In this document: piece by piece, positions 27,601 to 39,297 of the stretch
How the letters are laid out: each line of letters begins with the position of its first letter
Position numbering within the stretch: the stretch's first letter is position 1
Assembly (NCBI RefSeq): GCF_036321535.1
Contig: NC_087436.1
Span: forward strand, 60,576,001-60,640,000
Direction of reading: 5' to 3'
Length of the DNA: 64,000 bases
DNA from: Camelus dromedarius
Lineage: Eukaryota
Translations under genes and position numbers: made by a program
The notes under the pieces: model-generated
The model's database searches: none
The model's input: only the letters and a program-made list of their open reading frames with translations
What the model was told of the DNA's origin: nothing

Positions 27601-28310
27601 TTTTCTGTGGTTGATGTCTTGTTTCATGGCATTGTGGTCACAAAGATGCTTGAAATAATTTCTGTCCTCTTAAATTTGTTGAGGCTTCTTTTGTGCCCAT
27701 GTACATGATCTATCCTAGAGAATGTCCCATGCACACTTGAAAAGAATGTATATTCTGATTTTTGGGGGTGTAATTTCCTAAAAAATATCAACCAAGTCCA
27801 GCTGTTCTATTGTGCATTATTTTCTCCTTTGCTTTATTGATATTCTGTCTGGAAGATCTGTCCAGTGATGTTAATGGGATGTTAAAGTCTCCTACTATGA
27901 TTGTGTTCCTATCAGTTTCTCCCTGTATGTCTGTTAGTATTTGCTTTATATATTTAGGCACTCCTATATTGGGTGCATATATGTTAATGAGAGTAATATC
28001 CTCATCTTGTATTGCTCCTTTAATCATTATATAGTGTCCTTCTTTCTCTTTATGGCCTTTGTTTTAAAATCTATTGTGTCTGATATGAGTATTGTTACCC
28101 CTGCTTTCATGTCTTTTCTATTTGCATGAAATATTTTTCCCTTCTCTCACTTTCAATCTATGTGTCCTTCACCATAAAGTGGGTCTCTCTTGAAGGCAGC
28201 ATATTGTAGGCTCTTGTTTTATTATCCAGTCTGCCACTCTCTGTCTTTATTGGGTCATTTAGTCCATTGGCATTTAGAGTAATTATTGATAGATGTGTGC
28301 TTATTGCCAT
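24620..28310 (-). pseudogene. L1 ORF2 (endonuclease, reverse transcriptase, Cys-rich domain), disrupted
   Basis: Starts MAISTHLSIITLNANGLN at 28310. Multiple frameshifts. The RT catalytic motif reads YVGD instead of Y/FADD at 26242-26253. Confidence 0.93.
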
Positions 28311-28708
28311 TTTGAACTTAGTTTTCCAGTTGGTTTGATATTTCTTCTTTGTTCCTTTCTTTTTCTTTTTGTGGTTTGATAATTTTCTTTTGTATTATCT
28401 TGGTTTCTTTTTGGGGTTTATGACTCTATTGTTTGCTTTTGACTTGTGGTTACTTTGTTTTTCAAGTATTTTAACTCATTACTATATCTTTTTGCTTTAA
28501 ACTGATAGTCACATAAGCTCAAACTCATCCTAAAAAGAACGAAAAGAAAAAAAGAAGAAAATCTATATTTTCTTGCTCCCCTATCCCACCTTTAATGATT
28601 TTGATGTCCTTTTTTACATCTTCATGTTTATTCTGTTGCAACTTATTGTAGTTATCACCTTTCCAATTATGGTTTTCTCCTTTCTATAGCATCCTGCTTC
28701 TTTTCTAT

Positions 28709-29570
28709 TTAGAGTAGACATTTCAATATTTCTTTTGGCATAGGTTTAGTATTGCTAAATTCTTTAAGTTTTTGCTTGTCTGTGAAATTCTTTAACTCTC
28801 CTTCTATTCTAAAGGATAGCCTTGCCAGATAATGTATCCTAGGTTGCAGCTTTTTATCATTCAGAACTTTGACTATATCTTGCCACTCCTTTCTGGCCTG
28901 AAGTGTATGTGTAGAGAAATCAGCTGAAAGCCTTATTGGGGTTCCCTTGTAACTAACTCTGTTTTTCTCTTGCTGCCTTCAGAATCATTTCTTTATCTTG
29001 AACTTTGGCCATGTTGATTATAATATGTCTTGGTGTAGGTCTGTTTGGGTTCTTCTTGTTGGGGACCCTCTGTGCTTCCTGTACTTGAATATCTGTTTCT
29101 TTCTTTAGGTTTGGAAAGTTTTCAGTCATGATTTCTTCAAATACCTTTTTGATCCCCTTTGCTTTTTCTTCTCCTTCTGGGACCCCTATTATGCATAGGT
29201 TGGCGTGCTTTATATTATCCCACTGGTCCCTTACATTGCTTTCATTGGTTTTTATTTGCTATTTTGTCTGTTCTGATTGGGTGACTTCTGTTATCCTGTC
29301 TTATAAGTCACTTATTCATTGCTCTGCATTGTCTAGTCTGCTTTTGACTGCCTTTAGCTCAGCTTTTATCTCAGACTTTGAGTTTTCTGTTTTTAATTGG
29401 CTCCTCTTTATAGTTTCAATTTCCCTTTTAAAATATTCTGTCTCTGTTCATAGTTTCTTTTCATTTTTGAAGTCATGATCCAGTGGACTATTGAGGTCTA
29501 ATTCATTGATCATTCTTTCAGGGGATTTCTGTTACTCCTTTAGTTGGAAGTAGTTCCTCTGCTTCTTCAT
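28709..29570 (-). pseudogene. L1 ORF1, disrupted
   Basis: Starts MKKQRNYFQLKE* at 29570, with ORF1-type segments (IIGVPEGEE..., ISADFST-like). In-frame stops. Confidence 0.85.
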
Positions 29571-32500
29571 TTTACTTATATCTCTCTTGCACTATGGCTT
29601 ATGGAATATCAATTACCTACTGTGGTTTTTTTTTTTTTTTTTAATGAGGATGCATTCCTGTGTAGACTGTGCACCTCTAATAATTTTGTCTTAAGGTCTG
29701 TTTTTAGTATGGATGGTTGCCATGTCTTTCTTACATGTGTGTTGACTGTTATCTCTTTGATTAGGGTTAGATGGTGTTGTGGTGACCAGAGCCTGCCCTG
29801 GTTGTTCTGTGGTTGTCATAGCCCTGACAGGGGCCAGATCTGTTCCCCTTTTGTTGAAATGGAGGCTTCCAAACCTGTTTCCGAGCTGCGGTTCATAGTA
29901 GGCATGGTTGGAGCACTTTAAATACTCTGTTGACTCTGCTCTTCTCCTAGCTTTAGCCACAGGAATGTCAGTGCACTGCTCTGGTGTCCCCCAGGTTACC
30001 TGCCCTCAGAGCAGTAACTACCAGTGCAGTTCCACTGACTTCTGGCAATCCAGGTGTGCAACCCAGAAGAATCAACAAAATTTCAAACAAAAAGTCATAA
30101 AAATTGTTAACCTCATTAGTCCATTCAGTCTCATATAATTAATTCTTATTGATCTTTTGTTAGCAGTTTTATGGAGCCATCAGTTTCTCGATTAGATTTA
30201 TGCAAATTCTCACTTAGTTCAGTGGTATGTTCTGAAAGTTATCAAAAACCTATACTTGTTAGAGTCCTTTCTATGAGTCTCATTGAAGATGAAGCACTTT
30301 GCAAAAGCATCAGAGTAAAACAGTTACTGTCTGTTAGTGACAAAAGAAAAAGTCACAGTTAAAGATCTAAAGAGAGTTCATTATAATGCAGTTAACAAGG
30401 AAATTTGATTATTTAGGTAATAACTGGAATTATAAATGAAAACACTACCTATCAGATATTTAGAAATTTTATACAATTTCTGGAACACATATCACTAACA
30501 AATATTCAAACAAATACAACATAAAGCATGTTTAGTATTATTTCTTGCCTGACAATGCTTATTACCGTGTAATTTAATATCAAATAAGCTTAATTCATTT
30601 AACATATCACTTTCTTTTTTTAATAAGGAGAGAGAATAAATCTTTTAAGATGTTCCAGGGACCCTCTTAAAAATCCCAGTTATTTCAAGGGCAAAATAGA
30701 ATTTGATTTTGTGGATTCAAATAGGATCGTAGGTCATTGTGATACAATACTTAGTTATCCCTTTAACCAAAGTGACAACAAAAGACTTTGGAGGCAAATA
30801 CAGAAAGTTACGTAATTGTTTAAAAAAAAAAAAGAAATCAACTTTCCTTTTCTAATAGAGAAGATTCAATTTTCTTAAGTAATCAAAGACCTGATAAAGA
30901 CAACATGAAGCACAATAAATTATTTTGATAAAACACAGAATCTTTATTTTCTAGGCAGATTACTTAAATGGGCAAAGAAAAACTTTTCACAGTCTTATCA
31001 AGAGCAGATCACTAGTCTAAGAAAACCTTGTTCTTTTAGCAAATGAAAGAAAATTTTTATTTTTACACATATACTATTGATATTAAAGCTTATTTTTTAA
31101 AGACAAAGTGAATTCATTCAATTTTAGGTAGCTCAACTACATAAGGCGAAATTTTCTTTCCTTCTCTACCTCACTTCCTCCTCAACTTCTATATCCATTT
31201 AGTTTGTTTTTTAATTTTCCACTTTCCCATTCTGAAATAATCATTACTTTAGGACAACTTTAGTCTTTTCCCTTTAATGAACACAGCATATCTCATACCT
31301 TTTCTTAGCCAAAAACAAATGTTATTTCTTTGTATATAGAGTTTCTTTCTCTTATTTCTAGTCTAGTAGTTTTAATTATATTTATTAATTAGAATCCTTA
31401 ATTCTTGGACTTTCATTTCTAGTGAAAACTGAGTAAGCAATTGTGGACTGTCACACCAGCATTCTGTAGACTGGCAAATTTAGGAATCCATTTCATAATT
31501 TCTAGACACATACACTTTGTCCTAGTACAATTTTTTTTTAATGTGGCACAAGACAAGTTACTGACAGATCCAAATATCTTTAGTTTCTCTGTAAGAAGAA
31601 GCCTACATTCAATAATTAATGTTTCTGTATTTTATCTTACTTGGAAATGACCTTAATGAATTTCCATCATTTAACTTAACATAGTAAAACTCTAAATCAC
31701 CAGATTTAGAAAACTATTTAAGTAGACATATCATAAAACATAATTATTTTTGAAAAGCTCACTTAAAAAATTTATCTCCCTTATAATTATTTAATTCACT
31801 TGTTCTTAACAATTTAGATTACTCATAAAATTTCATGCAACACTAAAGCAGCTAGCCATCATCTTAAGTTATTTTTCTTTCTGACAAATTTTGTAACAGA
31901 GATAACATGAGCTTATTTGACCATTAGTAAACCTAAGTAGAATAGATTATGTTTATTGCTGGTAACTCTAAACACATACCTGTTTTAATTAAACCAACAA
32001 ACTTAAACTAGTTTTTATTTACCAAAGATTACCCCAGATCACATGAATTGGAAAAGCATTTGATTTAATGTCTATTATATTTCTGAGCTTAAAAATATTT
32101 AAATTGATAAGCATGTATTTTTCTTTAAGCCATTTAATCAAAGCCAGTTTTTTTTTTTTTAATCAACTAATTTTGGCAATACCATCCAGAGGTAGAAAAA
32201 TATCACATATGCATAACATTCCATAGACATACAGAAACACAAACAGGGACCCTGTAGTTTCTATTCCAAAATTTTAGCCAAGACTTGGTACAATAATACA
32301 AAACTCACTAGTTCATAAATAACAGTTGAATCTAAATTGTATCTCTGGACGATGGAACAAGTTAATTTTACTCACTTAAATGGCTAAAGCTTTTTACTAA
32401 TTTTTGTGGAGAAGACTTTTAGGTTTGTATTTGTCCTTAGCAAGTAATCTTATGGAATCTGAGGATTACATTTTGGGCAAGGAAATATTTACAGCAGTTT

Positions 32501-32691
32501 GTATTTTATTTTAAAAAGCCTCTCCCCCACCCCCACTTTTTTTCCTTCAGTCCCAGAGTATTCTGGGCTGCATTTTGGTTGTCTCCTTGGAGTGTTTACA
32601 TTTCAAAGACATGACAGATTTACATCTTTAAGGGACAGAGAAAGAATGCAAGTCATCTCCTAGGAGTTTTGGAGTATATTTCTCTGTTTAA

Positions 32692-33310
32692 TCAGAAGTC
32701 TAGTGTAATTAGTATTTTCCTTCTTTTTAGGACACTTCTGTTCCAATGTTCTGATCTTTTACAGTATGTACAAACATCTTGAGATGAATAGGGGAGGTCT
32801 TGGGGTTGGTAAAGATAGGTGTATTTTTTTTTTCCTAGAGCTGCATTCTTGTTTTGCAAAGATTTGTAAGATAAAGATTTTAATTCCTCCAAGAACTGGG
32901 TTGCAGCCCAAATAGTACCAAAGGGCTGACCCACCCATCCATCTGCATTATCTTCAATTTGCACTCTTCTATCAGGGATATTTCCAAATAAGATGGAATC
33001 AAATGATTTCTATATTCTGGAGCTCCAGGGTTTAATGAAGTATGCCTTTCAAAAGTCTGGGCAAAGTCTTTAACAAAGACCTTTGAATTTTTTTTTTTCT
33101 GAACATACAATTCAATCTACCATTGAATTGTATCAGGCCCTGAGTATTGGCCTCAAGCTGATCCATTTCCTGATTATTTATAAAAGGGCCTGGGTCATCT
33201 ATAACTTTTGTGAGAGTTTATTTTTCCCAGGGAGCTGTCTGGTTTGTCTGTTAATTATGAAGGGAAGAACACACCTTAACAGCCAATCAGGGTCCCTGTA
33301 AGTGGGACTG
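32692..33310 (-). pseudogene. ERV gag relic (capsid MHR-like segment and nucleocapsid zinc knuckle)
   Basis: ORF fragments QKKKNSKVFVKDFAQTFERHT (MHR-like) and CTYCKRSEHW (CX2CX4H); the last Cys codon is shifted out of frame. Confidence 0.75.
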
Positions 33311-34119
33311 TGCATGTCCACTAATCTTTCTGAGTCCTTATATTTGCTAGAAACAGAAAATGGAGATAAGAGGGCTTTGTCATTTGATAGAACTGCTGCT
33401 GTCCATAGACATGGACTCTGCATTTGGGGTCCAGGCTATATTTGCAGGGAACATTGCCTAGGAAATCCGAAAACTAGCAGAGCCTGATGACAGAGCCCTA
33501 CCACCTGTCCCAAGTGATTCTGCTAAATTCACTCCCTGGCTTTCACAATTTACACAAGTAATCTTTATGCCCTGGGCTGGTGATCAGGAAAGAGTGCTCT
33601 CTGTAAATCTTAACAGAAAAGGGAAGTTAAAATAGGCAGATGGGGCTGAACAAGGCAAAAAGCGTATCTGTTATTGTTGTGTGCGTGCTTTTATAATATA
33701 GGGGAAACATAGCAAACTTGTCTAAAGAGATGCCAGTCTGGTGAGAAACCTGAACTCACAAGTCTGTAAGGCCAGCTCAAACAACAAGCTTGTAGGACCT
33801 CTGCCAGTATTCAGTCCTGTGATTTTCCTCCTTATGACAAACAACACAAAAGACAAAAGAAAACAAAGACCATTTCTAGGAATCAACAGAAAATAAGCAT
33901 TCTAATATATCTTTACCAGAGTCACTATACAAAAAGAACTGAGTCACACAAATATTTTCTTCTGCTAATCTAAATCCAGAAAAAGGAAAAGGACTCTCAC
34001 CACCCTCACTTTCACCACAGGCAGAGATCCAGGAGATGTAACTGATGTCTTACGTTCTACCAGAGGTTCCAGGATCTCTCAGCCACAGCAGCCCCAGAAC
34101 AAGCAATGTCCAAAGGAGA

Positions 34120-34137
34120 GCCCCGCACTGGGTACCA
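34120..34137 (-). promoter_or_regulatory. Retroviral primer-binding site, degenerate tRNA-Lys(CUU) type
   Basis: TGGTACCCAGTGCGGGGC, 3 nt inside the 5' LTR. 13/18 to the Lys1,2 PBS TGGCGCCCAACGTGGGGC; all mismatches are transitions. Confidence 0.65.
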
Positions 34138-34140
34138 AAC

Positions 34141-34630
34141 TGTTGGGAAGGCGGGCGGAATTTTCCCTTCATTCTTTATAGGTTCTTTGCCTGGTCTATA
34201 TCTAAATTGACATAAGGCAGATTAATAAAAGAAAAAGAAATTTAAGTCCATACATATGGGAGTCCCACAAAGATACGGGACTCAAAGGCAGTCAGTCAGG
34301 TGAGGCTTACATGCTCCCCTGAGCTAAGGTATGATGGGAGCCTAGAGCTTCAGAGGAGGGGAAGGCAATTCACAGGAAGATGAGAAGAGCAGATGTTTGG
34401 TAATCAGATGTTTGCCCTCCCGCACAGATAAGTCTTTCAGATTAAAAAAAAAAAAAAAGTTATTTCTGGTAATATTCTCTTCTGGTACAGGCCTCCTAAT
34501 CTACATTCTTTGAGGCAGTTATGGAGGAAGTAAAAAGCTCTTCCTGAGTCTGCTGGGTCTTGATTGCCTTCAGTTCCAAATAATACATCTGCCAGTGTCA
34601 CATTTTTGGGTGCATATTCTGCTCCCCATT
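34141..34630 (-). mobile_element. 5' LTR of the provirus (MER34-like)
   Basis: Minus strand begins ...ggggagcagaatatgcacccaaaaatgtgacactggcagatgtattatttggaactgaaggcaat (MER34-type U3) and ends cccaaca. Confidence 0.85.
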
Positions 34631-34689
34631 GAATGCGACCAATCACCACAACACCACTCCTGTTTCTTCTACAGCCTACTCATTTCTCT

Positions 34690-35400
34690 CCACCCAACCC
34701 TGGATAATTTCAAAGAAAATACCTAGGTATGTTATTTCATCTGAAAACATTTGATTATTTTTTAAAGTTTAGGACTTTAAGTGAAACTCCAATATATCAT
34801 ATTTTAAGAATAAACAATGGCTGTTTAATTAAATATCAAGTTAGTGTTTAAGTTCCACCAACTCTCTCATATTTCTCATTTTCTTAAATCAGAATTCAAA
34901 ATAAGAATGAAATAAGATTCTTGAGTTGTAATCTTTCTGATGCTCTCTCAAGTCCACTTTATAGGTGTCCCCAAACTTTGTTTTCCTTGTAATTTACTCG
35001 CTGAAGTAGTTGTTATTGGTTCTGTATTGTTTCCCACAGTCCAGAACTTGCTGATTGCATCCAGTGATGTGAACTTGTTCTTCATTCCCTTATATTTGCT
35101 ATAAATTGTCGGATCCAGTGATAGATACCAACCAAATTCAAATGTTTGTCAAGGATACTTTATAGGTGGTGATATGTAGTGCCATCAGGGCACATGATGT
35201 GTGATTATATCTATGTCCCCTTGGCAGCCATTGGTAATCATTGCCTAGATTTCCTTGTAAAAAGGTGATATTCTAGTTCTATCATTCCTTTCCTAGAAGG
35301 AAAGATTACATCCATAATGAAAACTTGTACTTATCAACTATTTGTTTACACTAATGTATAGTTTGTACAGGAAAGGTAAGATAAATGTTTGATGGTTTTC
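34690..35400 (-). mobile_element. Ancient L1M (L1MC-like) 3' fragment
   Basis: Diverged motifs (ttgctgattgcatcc, ttggcagccattg..tcattgcctagat, aggtgatattcta..ctatcattcctt). Confidence 0.55.
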
Positions 35401-35616
35401 CTGTGATGACATTTCTCCTGGTCAACTCCAGTTCTGATTACTTGCTTCCACTATATAATCCATCTCCTCCTACCTATGCTGTGCTTTCCTCATACTGCAG
35501 CATCCATTCTGACCACTCTATAGCACTTTAGTGAATATTTAGGGTCAACAGGCTACATGTGAAGGGTATGGTAAGATGGTGAAATTATATTGCAGCACAA
35601 GACTGGATAGGAAATC

Positions 35617-35680
35617 GAATTCCTGTTCTTAAAGGATTTTGAGGACTTGAATTTCTGTTCTTAAGGGATTTTGAGTACTC
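35617..35680 (+). repeat. 32-bp tandem duplication (2 copies)
   Basis: gaattcctgttcttaaaggattttgaggactt / gaatttctgttcttaagggattttgagtactc, 28/32 identical. Confidence 0.92.
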
Positions 35681-37119
35681 ATCTTGTATACTGCAACTTC
35701 ATCCCCACTATTTCCTTGCCTTTCACTAGTTTCTCCTGCCATACCCTCAGAGTGATTTTTCCCCCCCACACACTACCAGAGTTTTGAAAAACAAAAACTA
35801 ATTCTCACCTGTTCTTTGACTAATACTTTTTGTTTGTTTTTCCTTCTGGGTAAACTTTTATAGTATTAAAAATATAATGGCCCCATAGAGCATTCAATGT
35901 TTGTGAATGGACCTCTTTGATGGATTTCAGCAATGAAATTATGAGATAATTTTGTTTACCAGGAATAGACCCTGAACTAGGTGCTAAAAGAATAGGCAGG
36001 GTATAGTCAGGGACATGATAGGATGTCCTGTTTCTCAGTTTCCAAAATCTATAGATAATTAAAACATTTTGAATGCCAAAATTCTTTTGGGGAAGAAGCT
36101 CAGGACAGTGGTTAAGAGCACAGAGTCTGAAGTCATCTCCGTTAGTTTGAGCAAATTTCTAAACCTCTTTAAAATCAAATTTCCTTGGGAAGATGTGGCT
36201 GAGGATAGTCTGCCTCTTGAGGGATCTATGAGCTATTTCCACTTCATGTAATGTAACACAGTTAAAGATCTTAATGACAGTTTATTAATATTAATGTATT
36301 TAAATGAAATCAATTTCCTTCTCCAGAGAACAACACATAAAGTCTAGCAGTCAGACTTGTGAAAGCACCATGTATTTATTCTTTTAGTAAGTAAAGGCTT
36401 CTGAAAATATAAGCCTCTTCTTGTCACATGTTAACACTAATTGAACATCCTGGGATTTATATTTCTTTTCTCCCTGGTTTTTTTTTTTTTTTCCATTTTC
36501 TGTGTGTTTTCATTCTTATAGCTGACTTTCTGTCTCATCACTTATTTGACCTCTTTTTAAATATTGTATAAGCATTTCTCCTATGATTTTTCAAACCCTT
36601 GCCCCCAAGTGATACATATTTACTTTATAAACTATAGACATTCACAGTGCAATTTTAAAAGGATTAGGTAAATACATGCTCAGAAATGCTTGTATTTTTA
36701 AAGATAAGCAGTTATTATACACTTGCCACCTAAGTATATCTGTTAACAGGGATAGATTGATCACATATTGGGATCAAATGAAATCTAGCCAGCAATTCAC
36801 CAGCAACATTCACCATTACTTGGATAAACTTTGAAGGATGCAACAGACACACCCCAATACACACACACATCCAATAACATTCACCAATCTTAGTTGTATA
36901 GTTTGCACCTTATTTGTGATGGTCAGAAAGCACATCAGTTCTGCCATATTTACTTGTCCAATCTGTATCAAAATCTTAACAAATGAGGTTAGAAAAAAAA
37001 CTACTAAAAATTTAATAAGACAGGAAATTTGCCTTATTTTCCTATACTTGACTATCACTAGAAGTTATCTAAATACTAAGAGGGGATTAATGATATCATT
37101 GGCTCCTCTCAATTAGAAA

Positions 37120-37272
37120 AAGGTATTGCTGCCCCATTTTATCACTAAGGCTATTTGATGCTTAGAGAAAGCTTAAGAAACTTGTCCAACATCACAAGAG
37201 ATCTGGAATCTATGGAAGCTAGGATTTGAATGCAAGTCTTATGATACTACAGCCCTCGTGTCTAACCACCAA
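37120..37272 (-). mobile_element. MIR SINE remnant
   Basis: ccccatttta...cttagagaaagcttaagaaacttgtccaacatcaca...agctaggatttgaatgcaagtct. Confidence 0.7.
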
Positions 37273-37949
37273 TCACAATACAGAACCTGTATTCTTGATT
37301 TGTACCAAAAGGTGAAACACTGAAAACAGTATGTTTACTCCACATTTAGAAGTGAGGTATTTGAGGGATGGTTTATATCTTATTTCATTTATAAATAACT
37401 TGGAGTTTTAAAAATTTATAAAATAGGAGTTGGGCAGAGGAGGATGGTCTATAAGCTTCTCTGCCTACCTAATGTGAGCATGGATGGGCTTTAGTTTGAC
37501 TTTTTCTCACAGTCAACCATTTCCTTATCCCTCTGCCTACCTATCATTTTCATGATGAAGACATGGGGAGATGATATTTACATGAGGCAGAGTTTCAAAC
37601 ATAAGCCACCTTGAGGGACTGTTTGATCTCTTTGAGTAAGTCTATATAATCTCATGTTGCCTCTCTGCTCTTTCAGATTTCAATTCCTTTTCTGGAATAA
37701 ATACAAAGCAACAAAAAGTATTTACTCCAAAGAAGTATTTAATGAAGAATACTAATAAGACCATGACCATTTCAGGTTGAATTTGTGGTATCTGATTTCT
37801 AAGGAGAGATACTTAGAAAATTGACCAAATACGTTGATTTTTCTTCCTCCAAATATGTATGATTTCAATCTTGAAACCTCAGGAAAAAAGATGTGTTCCT
37901 TTGCCATCATTAAAAATAAATTATAAAATATGTGATTTTAACTTATAAA

Positions 37950-38480
37950 TGGTATTTTTAAAACTTACAAAATGGTAAAAAGAACATGCATTACTGCCCA
38001 ACAAAAAGTACTTTTAATGCTTTGTTGTACCCTCCTCCAATCTATTTTACCCTTGTATCTGAATTCTGCTTAGGTTGAGTCCACAATATGTACAATATTT
38101 ATATGCTGCTAAACATTATACCATAAAGAAATTCTTATTCTATAATAAAATTTTTGTCATAGTAATACATGTTTTCATAATAATCTATTGAACATTTGAA
38201 TGATAATTCTAACTCTTCATCATCAATTGAACACCTAAGTTAACAGGTTTTTATTGCTATCATTGATCCTATGAAAAATACCTTTGGAATATTTTCGAAC
38301 AGTGAATTACCTGGGCAAAAAAATTGTGCATTCTTTGGGTTAATAACATGTTACCTCAATGTTTTATCGAAGGCACTGTATAGTGTAGAATGCAGGGATA
38401 CCGAGTGCCATTTTTACCACATTCTTGCCAGTACTCTATGTAAGATCTTTTCAAAATATGATTGTGATTTTAAAAAGTGA
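37950..38480 (-). mobile_element. Ancient L1ME-like fragment directly upstream of exon 5
   Basis: Diverged antisense L1 3' motifs (cattttaccacattcttgccagtact, agtgaattacctggg). Confidence 0.45.
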
Positions 38481-38524
38481 ATGCTCCCTCCTCATAGTCT
38501 GTGTGTTTTTCATTTAAATACCAG

Positions 38525-38608
38525 AGTGAAGAAGGAGCCCCCCAGGAGGGAATGCTGGAAGACGTGCCCGCGGAGCCTGACAACGAGGCTTATGAAATGC
38601 CTTCTGAG
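38525..38608 (+). CDS. SNCA: Alpha-synuclein exon 5 (84 nt, phase 0/0), [28 protein letters not shown], residues 103-130
   Basis: Acceptor ...tttaaataccAG| at 38523-24 and donor GAG|GTgaga at 38609. The translation matches human [28 protein letters not shown] at 23/28 with the same exon length; Y125 and S129 are retained. Confidence 0.99.
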
Positions 38609-38724
38609 GTGAGAGTTTATGCACATAAAACTCCGAAAATAAAATTTAAGAGTTCAAGTTGGCTCGAATAATCAGTTATTTCCCTTATATTTGTCCTTAA
38701 TGAGAGTGATTTACTCTCTAGATG

Positions 38725-38908
38725 CTAAGTTGGCCAAATCCAGGACATGTATTGTGTGGACAACTTGCAGTTTAAGAATGCTTTTTACATTTGTAGTGTA
38801 TTGTTAAAGAAGAAAAAAAAAGGCAGCAGCAGTGATGAGAACATATGTGGTCCATACAGCCTAAAATATTTACAGCCTGGCCTTTTACAGAAAGTTTGCT
38901 GAGCCCTG
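38725..38908 (+). mobile_element. MER58-family (MER58C-like) hAT-Charlie MITE in intron 5
   Basis: ggccaaatcca...taagaatgctttttacattt...gcctaaaatatttacagcctggccttttacagaaagtttgctgagccctg. Confidence 0.8.
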
Positions 38909-39199
38909 CATTAGAGAATTATTAGAAATTTTACATTATTCTAAACCAAATGCCAAAATGGAAAGTTAGAGAAATTAACTAAATGCCAAAAGAAGATAAT
39001 TATTTTTGCCATATATTTCCAGTGGGATATTTGCACAATATAATAAAAGTTACTCAAAAAAATTAAAGTAGAAATATGATTGATGCATAGTTTGCAATAA
39101 TTGGTATATTTTAGTCCAGCATTTTAAATGGCATACTTTACTTTGAAAACAAGTTTCTTTAATAGAAAATGCATCACAAGGAACATTAGGAAATATTTT

Positions 39200-39266
39200 T
39201 AGACAATGAAACTGACTCATGAAGAAATAGAAAATCTAAACAAATCTCTACCAAAGAGACTGAATT

Positions 39267-39297
<31 letters not shown>

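Larger units (their letters stand above)
24210..30055 (-). mobile_element. Near full-length inactive L1 (partial 5'UTR, ORF1, ~400-bp spacer, ORF2, 3'UTR); 5' boundary approximate
   Basis: Many ORF-track fragments are L1 ORF2 ([63 protein letters not shown]). Confidence 0.97.
23725..34630 (-). mobile_element. Degenerate MER34-like (MER4-group ERV1) provirus, interrupted by an L1
   Basis: Two related LTRs in the same orientation (23725-~23985 partial; 34141-~34630 complete), a PBS inside the right LTR, a gag relic, and AT-rich MER4-group internal sequence at ~23990-24209 and ~30060-34140. Confidence 0.85.
1..38524 (+). other. SNCA: Distal part of SNCA intron 4 (exon 4 lies upstream of the window)
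   Basis: No upstream synuclein exon (KTKEGV repeats/NAC region) seen in the window. The intron preceding this exon is known to be very long in mammals. Confidence 0.9.

Noticed and set aside
24728..29921. Cluster of 60-125 aa ORFs on both strands
   Set aside because: Fragments of a dead L1 and their antisense shadows; frameshifts and the YVGD RT motif rule out activity.
23990..32690. Possible domesticated MER34 env (HEMO-like) or pol gene in the provirus
   Set aside because: No long ORF or env/pol motifs were seen; only a broken gag relic is recognisable.
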